A program made the translations under genes and the position numbers. Positions 22,901-35,196 of a DNA stretch of 64,000 nucleotides are shown piece after piece (position 1 is the stretch's first letter; each line of letters begins with the position of its first letter). This stretch comes from Geosiphon pyriformis uo1 (lineage: Eukaryota > Fungi > Glomeromycota). The notes beneath the pieces were generated by a model, which made no database searches, was not told where the DNA came from, and worked only from the letters and a program-made list of their open reading frames with translations. The stretch is taken from positions 1 to 64,000 of the forward strand of contig JAAOMT010000627.1 of assembly GCA_016748015.1 (NCBI GenBank), in the 5' to 3' direction.

Positions 22901-24680
22901 TTTTCATTGAAGTCTTAATGAGAACAATAGATTTGGTGTTTGTTAATACCTCTTCCCATTCATAGAGTTTCAGAATCATGGACACCCAGGCTTTTTTCCA
23001 AACATCCAGAACAGATTCACATACCAAACACAAGTTGAGCAGATGCAAAAGAAGGACCAGAACAAATTCATTATAATGCTTCCACATCTCATTAGAGATA
23101 TCAGACAAACCAGCAGCTTTACCATCAGGAAAATCCTTGACCACTAATGAAAATTCATCAAAATCAATTTGCTTTATTACACTAGAAAACACACCATTAT
23201 TGACATAATTGAAAGGAGAGAATTGTTCTTGCCAACAAGAAAACACAGAAGATTTGACTGTGCATTTTCTGGTCCAATCTTCTATAATTGAATTCACCCT
23301 GCCTTTGACCAAATCAGGCTCTAAAACTAAATCTCTATTATCAACCAGATAATCCAACATAACTTTTCTGAAAGTCTTCTCCAACACACTTTTGATCATT
23401 TAACTTTTGTTGTTTGTAAAAGCTTCCATGTGTTTATCAATGACCGCTCAGATCTATGAATCCTCAGTAGTCTTAGAGTCTAAAAACTTGCGAGACCTAT
23501 ACAGTTTTCTGAAATGAACCAGTGATTGTTCAACCAATACTTTGTTATGACCATTGCCCAAGGATTCTTTGAACTCTACAGCTTGGTCAAGATCCAAGTC
23601 AGCCTATTTATTAACTAAAGCCTAAAATTCTTCCAAATTTTCTGATTTGTATGCTTTCAAAATTTTTGCCATCAAAAGTTCTAACTTGTGAAATCTAGAA
23701 GAGGCAGCAGTCTTGACCAATCCACTGTCTCTGTACCATGTTTTTATAAGAGTAGCTTCCACTGCAGAGCATACCATCCAACAGAGCTGTGTCCACATTC
23801 CATTGATATCACTCTTAGATTTGTGGTATTCAAAATCACCAGCAGCCTCTGAAGCAGCAGCCAACAATACATCCCCAAACTTTTTCCAAACCTCAACACT
23901 GATGTCACTGACTTTGTATCTCCATTTTTCTTTTGTGGCCTGTTTGTATATCAAATTAAGTTGAGAATTGAGAAGGCCTCCCAAACCAATGTCCACTAAT
24001 ATGACCAAGTAATTAGAATCAAAAAATTCAACTGGACAGTAAACTCTTTGGTTAAAAGAAAAACTGTGAAGACTATCACTAACCAATATAAAATCTATGC
24101 ACCTCTGAACACCTCTCAAATTGGACCATATAAGAAGTCTGTACAAAAGAAAACCATGTAAAAAGTCAAACAAACTCAGATCCAAACATTTTTTGAAGCT
24201 TACATTGCAACCAGAATCATTTTTGTTAAAGTCACCACCACAAATAACAAATGTACTGCTATTTAAAGCCTCAGCCACCATCAAATTGACAACATGTGAG
24301 TGAACCAGTCTCTTTTTCAAGATAATATCTGTATACAAGCCCAAAACTGTTACTGAAAGTTTGTTTTTGAAGATTAATTTCACAGAAATAAGTCGACCAA
24401 ACACTTCAGAAACTTTGCACACATGCTTTGCTAGAGAAGCATTCATAATTATGGTAACACCTGCACCCAAATAACCTGACTCTAAACCAGAAGTGAACAC
24501 TTGAATACCATCAAATTTATTCATAATCTAAGGATGAACTTTGCTTCTCAACTTTGTTTCAGTAACCACAGAAATCACATTGCCCATATTTTTGTGCCAA
24601 TGAATGATATCTTCTTGTTTGGCAGAATTGTTCATGCCTTTAATATTACATGTAGCTATCTTTCACACTAAACCACTCAT
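19986..24680 (-). pseudogene. LINE ORF2 (AP endonuclease, RT, RNase H, C-terminal Zn knuckle)
   Basis: GGDFN and CIDFILVS (APE); GKAAGLSDI, LNQGEVFSSLLW and AFMDDT (RT); VYTDGS, TEIQAV, FSDSQ and WTKVKGH (RNase H); CVCCEEVDFSDHSFVC. Confidence 0.93.
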
Positions 24681-27540
24681 TAAGATGAAAGAAGAGCTGA
24701 AGAATTCAAACCAGAATACAGACAATCTAACCTTTCTAAAACCAAACTGATTGAGACCTTAAAAGCTATCATTTTTGATTCCAATCTGCCCACTGTTACT
24801 GGAGGTTTTTGGTCTCTTTTCTTGAATGTTGTTAATGTTGATTTACTGTGAATTCACATTTCTAGGAAGTAGTTGGACCTCCAGTAACTAAATTTTTCTT
24901 CAAATTATCTCTTATAATTTGAACTGCTGAGCTTATAAGTGGAATGGCCAATTCCATGCCAGTTATTTTGTATAGTTATGTTGTAGTAAATGTCAACTCT
25001 TTCCCAGGAATTACTCGTCTGGAAGCTCACTAAAATGTGTAGTTACTTTGCTGTAAAAGTCAACTCTTCTACAAGAATCTCATTTGTAGGCTACTCTAAT
25101 GATTGTAAGAAAAAAATAAAAGAAAAATAAAAGAAATGTAAAAGAAATAGAATTTTGTCAAGGGAAATGTTTTCTATCCAGGCCTGGAGTCACTAACAGC
25201 TTATTGAAATTGGTAGCTAATCAATTTCAAAAACATTAGTTGTGTTTGAGGAAATTTCAAGTGTAATAATTTTGAGGATTTGGTTATCGAATATTTAATT
25301 TTTATTTGATTTTGTAAAAAGTAATTTGTTTCAATTAAGATATCTCAAGTAAGATACTATGATAAAATATGGGAAGGATACATTTTCTTGAAGAGAGAAG
25401 TTCTTCTTTTATACAACTTGTTATAATACTAGTCTTTGAACTTGCATTTTTCTTTTTGCTATAATTTGGGTGAACTAAAGATACATTTCGGCAAATTTAC
25501 AAGTTATTTCACTGAACTATTGATTATTTTGGCAAATTTTCATTAATTTCGGCAAATTTTGACTATGTTAAATGGTTCAGAGTATTGTATAATTTGATCA
25601 TCTTAATTTCTAAAGTACAAATCGGATTATTGATTAAGTAATAATATTTGATAATTTGGCTAATTTAATAAGTGATAATTGAAATAATAATGATATGCTA
25701 ATTAATAATAGGAATTATAAAGATAATTTCATGCTAATTAATAGCTAAAATCCTACTAATAACACCACCTTGGAGGTGAGAACCTTAGAAAAACTTAAGC
25801 TAGAGTCATAGACCATATTATCAACAGCTGAAAAAGGAGAAGCAAATGCCAACATTATATCATCTAAAGCCATATCCACATCCAAATGTGACACCAAAGG
25901 GGTAGAAGTGACTGGAGAAGAAACACTAAAAGGGGTTGCTATTGGTACTATTTCCATACCATTCAACTTCCTTAATATACCAGACACCTGATTCATTAAG
26001 AGCTCTAAGAAGCATTCCAAAGTGGCTTAACAAGCATTCAAGGAAGAGTTATTAACTGAAGCAAAAAAAAAATCACTGTTTGAATCTGAAACACCAGAAA
26101 GAAGGATGTTAGAACTGGAATCAGAACTGAAATGAGAACTACCAAAAGAACCAGCAAGTGAGACCACCTGGGCCCAAGTTTTGCTACCAAAGGCAGCAGG
26201 GCAAAAAATCAGAACACTTTTTTTCTTATACAATCTTGCCAACTAAAAACAATATTTATTAGAAGCATTTCTCTTAAAGTTTTTTTCAGAAAAAGCAGAA
26301 ACCAGAGTGTCAGAAGCATTACACTTCAAAGCTGAGTGTTCAAACTTCCCATATTTTTTATATTGAACCAAGTTCAATCTAGTCCAAGAAAGTTTCACAC
26401 CACCAAAAATTGGCTCAGTGCAAAAAGCAGATTCAAGCTTATTTTCAGATTCAAAACTGACCATGGCACAGTGATTCTGGTTGCCAGTCTCTAGAGAACA
26501 ATTGATCATGCAAGTTTTTCCACCAGTCTTTTTCAAAAGAGTGCCAAGATTGTGCGCAGTTGTTTCCACTGGCAAAGTAAACAATAGGCCCTAAAGCAAT
26601 CCCTAGACATCCAAGTATTCTGATCTCCCACAGTCATAGCCACATGCACTAAGTCTTTCCCAATAAGGAATGATTATCTTGATGCCAATTGCTTTGCTTG
26701 TTCCAATTCAGCAAATTCTACTACAGCCTTCTGCCACATACCAATCAGCTGAATCTTGATCAACTTAATATTACCAAACTCAAATACTGTGGTGACAATC
26801 ATTTTTTTTGGTGTATCCATGGAAATTTTCTTGATTATTACAGCTCAATCTGAATGAATTTTTTGTTTCTTGAGATTGCTGTTTACAATAATTCTCTTCT
26901 CTCTGGTTAATGATGTAGCCTTAATCAAGTTCTCCTTAAAAGTAAACATTAATCAGATGATCCCTTCAAATTTTGAGGGGGTAGTAGCCTCCCCAAAACC
27001 ATTGATTGTTGAAAATAATTTCCTAATGAATTGGGTCTTAGCTGTAGCAGATTTGCCATCCACCACCAAAAGATTAATATTCAAAACAAAAGACTTCCTA
27101 ACTGACACTTCCACTGGGATTTTAATGATTTTTGAATCAATCCACTTTTTTTTCAGAAAGATAGGCAAGTAAGGAGGAAACACAATACCATCATCATTTA
27201 TAGTAAAATCAGGAGAGCCAAGTAAAAAGCCAAACACCATACCAGTATTGATATGTTTTGTCTTAGAAGTGGTTGTAGCTGAACTCAGAAGAGACTCACT
27301 ATTTACACCAATCATGCCAACATCTTCATCATTACAGACAGACTATCCACATCAAAATACATACTATCACCAGGCTCAGATTTATTCAAAGAGATATCCT
27401 TCTCATCACCAAAATGTTTAACATTTCCAAGAACCACTTTCTTTTCTGAGTAAAAAAACCACCAGTAGGACCATAAAAAGCATCTTTGAATACCTTCTTT
27501 TTTGACATATCACTGTCCAAAGCAGTTTTTAAATCTACAA
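24677..27540 (-). pseudogene. LINE ORF1, interrupted by a solo LTR
   Basis: ORFs 26953-27315, 26243-26584, 26027-26242 and 25745-26020 are colinear with ORF1 at 61024-62928, including a degenerate CCHC knuckle. Confidence 0.88.
24794..25764 (-). repeat. Solo LTR family A with TSD CCAC
   Basis: TGTTACTGGAGG...TAATAACA is the reverse complement of 2540-3516. CCAC lies at 24790-24793 and 25765-25768. Confidence 0.95.
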
Positions 27541-28164
27541 CGAAAGAGTTATTATTTAAAAAAATGTTGAAAGAACTAACAAGAAAAAATAGAAAAACTT
27601 CTTTTTCAGAAAATGTGCTTTTTGAGAATTTTTGGAGGTAAGAAAGAAAGAAGTTTTTTAATTTTTTTCAAAAGATAATTTATACTGTCAACAAATAATA
27701 ACATATTAATATAATTTTATGCTTTATATTGACATTTTTAAAATTCAATATTAGATATTAGATGTACTCTTTAATCACATTTTATTTAATAATCTTCAAA
27801 TACTATAATTATATAAATTAAGAAAAAGTAAGTAAATATTAACAAATAATTTTTTATCCTAAGATGTTTAAATACTTGAAGATAAGAAAAAAAAAAGAGA
27901 AACAAATAATAAGAAAAGAATTAAATTGATAGATATTGTTTTATTCTTTTGATTTTTTACATATTTTTTTATAGTTAAAAAACTTATTGTTTATATAACT
28001 ATTTAAAGTAGTCAATAATCAGGTCAATAATCAAATTAATAGTTAGGTTATTAATCAGATTGATAATTGCTATCTAAAATAATATAGTTAATTATATAAT
28101 ATTAGTAATTAGTATATGTAATAATTAATAAAAACTATAAGTTTCAATTATAATATTATTCTTT

Positions 28165-28810
28165 TTAAAAAGATTAAGCTTTGGTAAAATCAAGCTATTT
28201 ATAATGTAGTTTATCTAAAAAATCTTATTTAACTTAAAACTAACTAGTTTGTTGAAATTTTTTGTAAATAAAGTATATAATACTTGAAATAAAATAAGTT
28301 TTGTATTTAAAAGACTAAATTTTTGTATAAAAGTTTTGGCTTTTTTTGGAATAGTTAAAACTCTTGGAATATCTAATTATATAATTTCCAAAATTTTTAT
28401 TTGTATTTCTAAAGTTGTTTTCTTTAAGAGTTTTATGTTTTTTATAACTTCACCAAATTAATTATAGAGCTTTAATTGTTTTTTATATAATAAGTTTTTG
28501 TTTATGGACAGAATTTCTTGAATTGTTTTTCCAATTATAATAAAAAATATGAATATTATTGCTGTTATGCTTTTTAGCAGATTCTTATCTATTTTGCTAC
28601 CAATTTTTTCTTTTCTGTTAATAATTTTCTTTGGTTTAATAACAATATATATTCTATTATTATTAATTATAGTTATCTGTTTTTTAATAATTAAAGTAGT
28701 ATTTAAATAATTTTTGATTCAATACTTATAAAGAATATAAAAGGCATTTTAAATGTTTTAATCTAAGAAATAATTGTTTATGTCAATTGAAGATATTTCT
28801 GTTTTAGAAA
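28165..28810 (-). pseudogene. Accessory ORF3 of family C (degenerate)
   Basis: Fragments NIFN*HKQLFLRLKT and IIGKTIQEIL align to the ORF3 motifs of A and B, at the same position between integrase and PPT. Confidence 0.55.
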
Positions 28811-31800
28811 TAATATATTTATTTATATTTAATTTTTGTTAATTATTTGGATCAGTATTACTATAACAAATAACTAATCAAGTCATTTGTAATATTTTTT
28901 AAATTATGTTCTATAAACAGAACAATTATTAAAAATTGTTTTATATTAATCTTATAAGATATAAAAACTATTGTTTAAAACTTTGTTGATTATAAAAAAT
29001 TCTTTCTATTAGTTAAAAAATTTATTATTATAGACATTGTTTTTGTTTAAGTAATATTCTAAAACTAAATTATTAATACTTAAAAAAAGTGTTTTATAAG
29101 TTTTCTTTTTTTTAAGTTTTTCTTGAAACTGTTTTATCATTTTAAAAACAATTATCTATGCTTTTACCAATGAGTCAAAAATAGTACCAATTTTTTTTGC
29201 AAAATGTTTTTATAATTTCTTATTGTAATTTCTTTAAAGAGTTTTGTTTTAATGTTTGTTTTTATTGGCAAAATTACTATTTATTCATAAAACAAATAAA
29301 AAAATTTATAATTTATTATGCTATAATTTACAGTTTTATAAGCAAACAAAACTAAAAACAGTACTTTGTTTTATAAGTTTGTTTTTTATTGGTTTTGGCT
29401 AAAATTTCACATAAGATTTTATTAAAACATTCTACTAAGTCATTTGTTTAAGAATAATAAAAAGAAAAAAGGTTGTAATATATTCCTATTTTTCTATAAA
29501 GTTTTTCAACCAGTGTACTTAAAAAAGCTTTTTTTCTATAAGATAAAAGTTCTTTAGAGCAGTTATAGCAACAAATAATATTTTTATAAATAAAATTGGC
29601 TATTGAGACAACTATTTGGTCTGAGATAACTCTTGTTTTTACTTATTTTGTAAAATAGTTGATAGTTGTAATAATATATCTGTTGCCATTAGAAGTTATT
29701 GTTAAAAATTCAACAATATTTATACCAATTTTGTCAAATAATTGACCAACAAAAATTGAATGAATATCTTTTTTTCAATTGAATTTTTTTTTTTGGCAGA
29801 TATTACAGATTTTAATGTAATTAGCAATGTTTTTTCCTAAGATAGACTAATAATAATAAGCTAGAGTTTTCTAAATTGTTTTAATCTTTTTAAAGTTTTT
29901 AATTAATAGATTAGTGTATATGTTGTAGATTACAATTTTTTTTCAAATTTGATGATTTTTTAAAAGCAATCAGAATCTTTTTTATTTCTTTTGTATAATT
30001 GGTTTTGATAGATTAAATAAAAATTTGATTGTTTTTACAAATGTTTTTTTTGTTGTTAAATGTAGTTTAATAAGTATTGTTTTTTATCTAAAAATTCTAT
30101 TAATACAGAGTAATTATTCAAGTCTATTATTATGTTTGTTTTAAGAGAAAGTTACTAATAATTAAGTTGGTTTGGTTTGAAAAAGTTGTATTATTATTAA
30201 ATGGTAAGTTTAAAAACAGTATTAGGATTTTGATAATAAGCTCTTTGTAATATTATATATTATAATCGAATTTATTCAAGTAAAATATTTAGTAAGTTAT
30301 TTTTTTATGTTTCAGCTTCTTTTTATTATACAGCTAAATCAAAGCTTAGTAATCTGTTATTACCAAAAACTTTACACTAAGAAGATATTTACTTCAGTAA
30401 GTAGTAAACTATACTACTGTTAAGCATTTTTGTTCTATAACTAAGTAATTTTGTTTTGTTAAGAAAAAAAAGTTGTTAGCACAAGTTATAATATGTTCTT
30501 TATTATCTTTATTTTTTTAAAATAAAACAGCACCAAGTCCAAAGCCAGATGCATTAGTATAAAAGATAAAAAGTTGATTCAGATTAGATTGTTTGAGAAT
30601 TAGTTTAATAACTAGTTTTTCTTTTAGAATTTTAAAAACTTTTTGTTAGTGTGTGTTTTAATAGTAATTAACAGTTTTTTTGGATAGTTAATTGAAAGAA
30701 AATATGATTTTGAAAAAATCTTTAACAAAATTTTGATAATAAAAGACCAAACTAAGAAAAAAATATAGTTTATGAATGTTTATTAGTTGTTTAATGTTTT
30801 GAACTTTTTTAATCTTGGCTGGATTAAAGAAAATTTCATTTTTTGTAATAAAATAACCAAGAAACTAAGTAGATTGTTGTCCAAAAAAAGATTTGATTAA
30901 ATTAATCTTAAGACTAGCATTTCTAAGAAGATCAAAAACCTTTTGCAAATATTTAAGATGTTTATTCCAGATTTTGGAGTATACTATTATGTTATTTAAG
31001 TAAACTAAAACAAAGTTTTTTTTTACTGATTTAAATATTTTGTTTATTAAGCATTAAAAAGTAGAAAAAGCATTAGTAAAGCCAAAAAACATGACTATAA
31101 ATTTATAAATATCATACTTAATAATAAAAACAGTTTTTTTTCTGTTTTCTAAATCTATCTCTATTTGCCAAAATCTAGCAGTTAGATTAATAGTTGAAAA
31201 AAAAGCAGCATTATTAAATTAATCTAATATTGCATCAATTTTAAAAAGTAAATACATATCTTTTTTAGTAATAGTATTTAATTGACAATAGTCAATACAG
31301 AAGTATAAAGTTCTATTTTTTTTAGATACCACTATAACTGAGAAGATCTATTTATTCTTGGTTTTTTGTATAAATTCAAGATTTTTTATTTAGTTTATTT
31401 TTTTCTTAATAAACTTATTATTATAGCAATTAGATTAATAAAGCTTTAGATAAATAAAACAAGTTTTTTTAATGGTAATAATATGTTGTATTACATGAAT
31501 ACATCTAAAAATATCATCTTTTTTTGATATAACTAAGCTGTTTTTAGTCAGTAAGTTTTTAATGTTCACTTTTCTTTCTTTAGAAAAGAGTTTTTTTTGT
31601 TTTACAGCTAGTAATTAAATCTTAGATGGTTTATTTTCAAAAAACTTTTGCACTTTTTTTATTTTTTTTCTTGGTATTAAGCTGATTGGTTTTCAATTTT
31701 TGTAATAGATTAAGCAAAACATGTATTTGTTATTAAGAAAATACAAAAGTTTATTGTACTAGCACCAGACACAAAAACCATATTACCAATAATTATATTT

Positions 31801-32051
31801 GGCTTTCTTGTTAGGTTTTCTGTTAAAAATTTTTTTAAGTATGTTATAGTAAAATCAACAAATTAGCTTGTTATTTATAATGATTTTTTTGTTAGTTTTA
31901 ATATTGTTTAGTGGCTTGTTATTATTGGTAAAAGTAATGTAAATAAGTTTAGCAGTTTTTTTTTTTCTTTTTATTATTATTATTCTTTTCATTATCTAAT
32001 TCATTTAATTGTTTTTTTTTTTTGGTTTTGCTTAATTACTAAGGGATTTGT

Positions 32052-32420
32052 TTAATAATAATACTTAATTATAATAAGTTTTTTACTATATCTAATGGTT
32101 AATTTACACAGTTTATAGTTAAGCAAAGCTTTGACTTTTTTAAGCCACTTATTGTCAACAATAATAATATATTCTTTAGTTTTAAAAACTTTTATATTAG
32201 TTTTAATACTACTGCTATTAATGCAAACAAGAACAGCTTTGGTAATACCAAGTTTTTTTTTGTTATTATACATATTAATTATAAGTCTAGTAGAGAATTT
32301 ATCAATTTTTCTATTAATAGCTTCCAAGAAGTGTTTAGTAATAATACTTATAAATAATTTACTGTTTAGAATTAAGTTAATAAAATAACCAGCCACTTGG
32401 GCTTTGCAAATTAAAAAAGT
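32052..32420 (-). pseudogene. Aspartic protease of element C
   Basis: FINLILNSK (degenerate LILDSG) ... IIVDNKWL. Confidence 0.75.
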
Positions 32421-34462
32421 AATATTATTATTGTTAATAAATTCAGCTTGGTGAGAATATTTGTTAGTTTTTGGTGTTTTTTTTTTAAGATTAAAAATTT
32501 GTGAAGATTTTTTCTGAACTGTAAATAGGTTATTAACTGGCCAAAAGTAATATAAACTGAAGTTTTTATGAGATTTTTAACAATAAAATAAGAGTTAGAT
32601 TTTTGTACTATTTTTAGAAATTCTAACTTTGAAAAATTTTTAAAAACTTTAGCTTTTAATGACTTATTGTTATTAACAATAGAAGTTGAGGCTTTGTTAA
32701 AGTCTAAGACAAAATCAATCTTAGCTTTTTCTTTTTTTTTTGTAAATTCAGAGAAATTAATGAGTAATTCATTTATATTATAGTTATTATTAATTAAATT
32801 AAAAATGTAAAAAAGGTTTTTTTTTGATTGGCTTGCACTTTCACTCTTTGGAGGTGTGTTTACTAGTTTAAAGACTAATAAAAAGTGGCTTTAACTAAAA
32901 GATTCTTTTTAAAAAAATTAATGTTAATATAATTAGGTCTTTAATTAGAAATATTATTATTGTTAGATCTATTATTATAGTTATTATTGTTTTTAAAAGC
33001 TGAAAAAAATAATAAAAGATTGTTACAGTCTCTTGAAAAATGTCTAGTTAATCCACAACAATAGTATACAAATAGGTCACAATTTTGCTGTTTTTAGTAT
33101 AGTAATTGTTAAGGCTAATTAAAACATGATTCAAATTTAGATCTTTGTTATTGCTAGTTATTTTTGACTGTTTGTGCCAAAGACTTTAATAGCCAAACAA
33201 AATTAATTCTAAGTTTATCAATTAATTGTTTATTTAAGTCTTGAATCTAAATAGTAAAAGAAATAATAGCTATTTAAAAAGCAGAAGCCAGAATAAAAAC
33301 AGAAGCAAAAACTAAAAGTGTTAATTCCAAATGTATTTTTTGATTGTTTTTAATTTTTTATACAAGTTTAATAGCCATATTTATAATAAAATTATTTTTT
33401 AAAGCCAAGAAAGACCAAAAAGCATATGATAAATTAGTTTTTAATTCTTTTGTAAAAAAATAAATCTTTTGTTTTTTTGTTTAATTTTTTCTAAAATATA
33501 CCTATTTAATTAATTTTTTTATTGCTTTAGCATATTTAATTACTATTTTTTCTGGGTCTTGGATTTTTTTTTCCAATTTTATGTACCACTTGAATATTAA
33601 AATTGGAGTTCTAAATTTATTTTCAAACCAGATAATAAAAGAAATATTGTCTTTTTTAGTATTTATTAATGTCTATTTAATTATTTTTTGATAAATATTA
33701 GCATTAGTTTTTTGTAAAAACAAGACAACAAAAAAGTTTTGAAGGTAATCACCAATGATTTAGAACTTGTATTTAGTATTATATTAATTAGCAGTGGCAG
33801 TTTTTTCAAAATCATCTAACTATTTAATTAGATTTTGTGTATTATCTCTGAATAAAAATAATGAAGTGTTGTTTTTTCACTCTAAAACAATTTGTATATC
33901 TTGAAAAACAGCCAAAATATTTGTTTACATAAAGTTAGCAGCTATTAATTTAGGAGTAATTATTTGTATAGAATAATTTGATTTACTTAAGAAAGGATTA
34001 AAAACAAAAATAGTTTGGTAACTTTTTTTTTTGTTTTAAAAAAAGTTTTAGTTAACTAATAAATAACAATCCAGATGTGAATTTGATGATTCAAATATTC
34101 AAAATCAGAAGGCTGTTGATTAAAAGTTGTTAAATATAAAAGTTAATTAATATAGTTGTTTTTTTTAAAAGTTTTTTTAAAGTAAACTTGATCAAAGAAA
34201 TAAATTATATAGACTATATAAGTTTTAGTTAAATGCTCATTCAGAAACCAATTCCAAAAATCTTGGAATTGTTTACTGGGATTGTTTTTTAACAGAAAAG
34301 CAAATTAAGCAGAAAAGCAAAAAATTAAGTTTAATAAAATTTAGATTATTTTTGTTATGTATTACAAAGTGTTTTTTTGATTGTTGTAACAGATATGAAT
34401 AATTACTTATATAATAAAAAACAAAGTAAATTTTGATAATCTTACAGAAAACACTACTTTTA

Positions 34463-35196
34463 TGTTATAAGTTGAAGTAATAAGCTAATGAATAGTAAGA
34501 GAAAACAAGATTGTAGGATAATAGAATAAATTAAAAAAAAATTAACTTTAAAGAACAAATTAAATAAATATAAATTTAATATATAAGATCAGTCTTATAA
34601 AATATTTCAATTATTAATCTTTTCAAAAAGTAACTAAAAAATCTAAAAATAGAAAAATAGTTTATATTGTTAATAAATAATAACACATTAATATATTTTA
34701 TGTTTTATGTTGACATTCTTAAAATTTAATATCAAATATTAGATGTACTCTTTAGTTATATTTTATTCAATAATTTTCAAATACTATAATTATACAGATT
34801 AAAAAATGATAGATAAATGTCAACAAATAATTTTTTATTTCAAGATATTCAGATACTTGAAGAAAAGAAGAGTGAAAAAGAAATAGGCAATAAGAAAAGG
34901 ATTGAGTTGATAAATATTGTTTTATTTTTTTATTTTTTTACATATTTTCTATAGCTAAGAGATTTATTGCTTATATAGTTATTTAAAGTAATTAATAATT
35001 AAGTCAATAATTAAGTTAATAGTTAGATAATTAATTAAATTATTAATCAGATCAATAATTATATTAATAATTAGATTAATAATCAGATTATTAATTAGGT
35101 TAATAATTATTATCTAAAAATAAAGTGACTAATTATATAATATTAATGACTAATACATATGATAATTAATAAAAACTATGGATTTTAACCATAATA
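34463..35196 (-). repeat. LTR family C (5' LTR)
   Basis: TGTTAT...CATAATA ends, 12-bp array at 34990-35107, degenerate PBS at ~34441-34456. Confidence 0.85.

Larger units (their letters stand above)
19885..27657 (-). mobile_element. Full-length mutated LINE (ORF1; ORF2 APE-RT-RNaseH-CCHC; poly(A) tail)
   Basis: Poly(T) on + at 19878-19890 and TSD ~TTAATTTTTTT (19874-19884 and 27658-27668). The 5' end AAAACTTCTTTC matches the copy at 60905. Confidence 0.93.
9526..35196 (-). mobile_element. Gypsy element family C: 5' LTR 34463-35196, internal 28156-34462, 3' LTR split into 9526-9558, 19756-19884 and 27669-28155
   Basis: TSD TTAT at 9522-9525 and 35197-35200. The three LTR pieces reassemble colinearly to 34463-35196. 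Protease ORF 32052-32396, RT ~30780-31500, integrase ~28850-30000. Confidence 0.85.
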
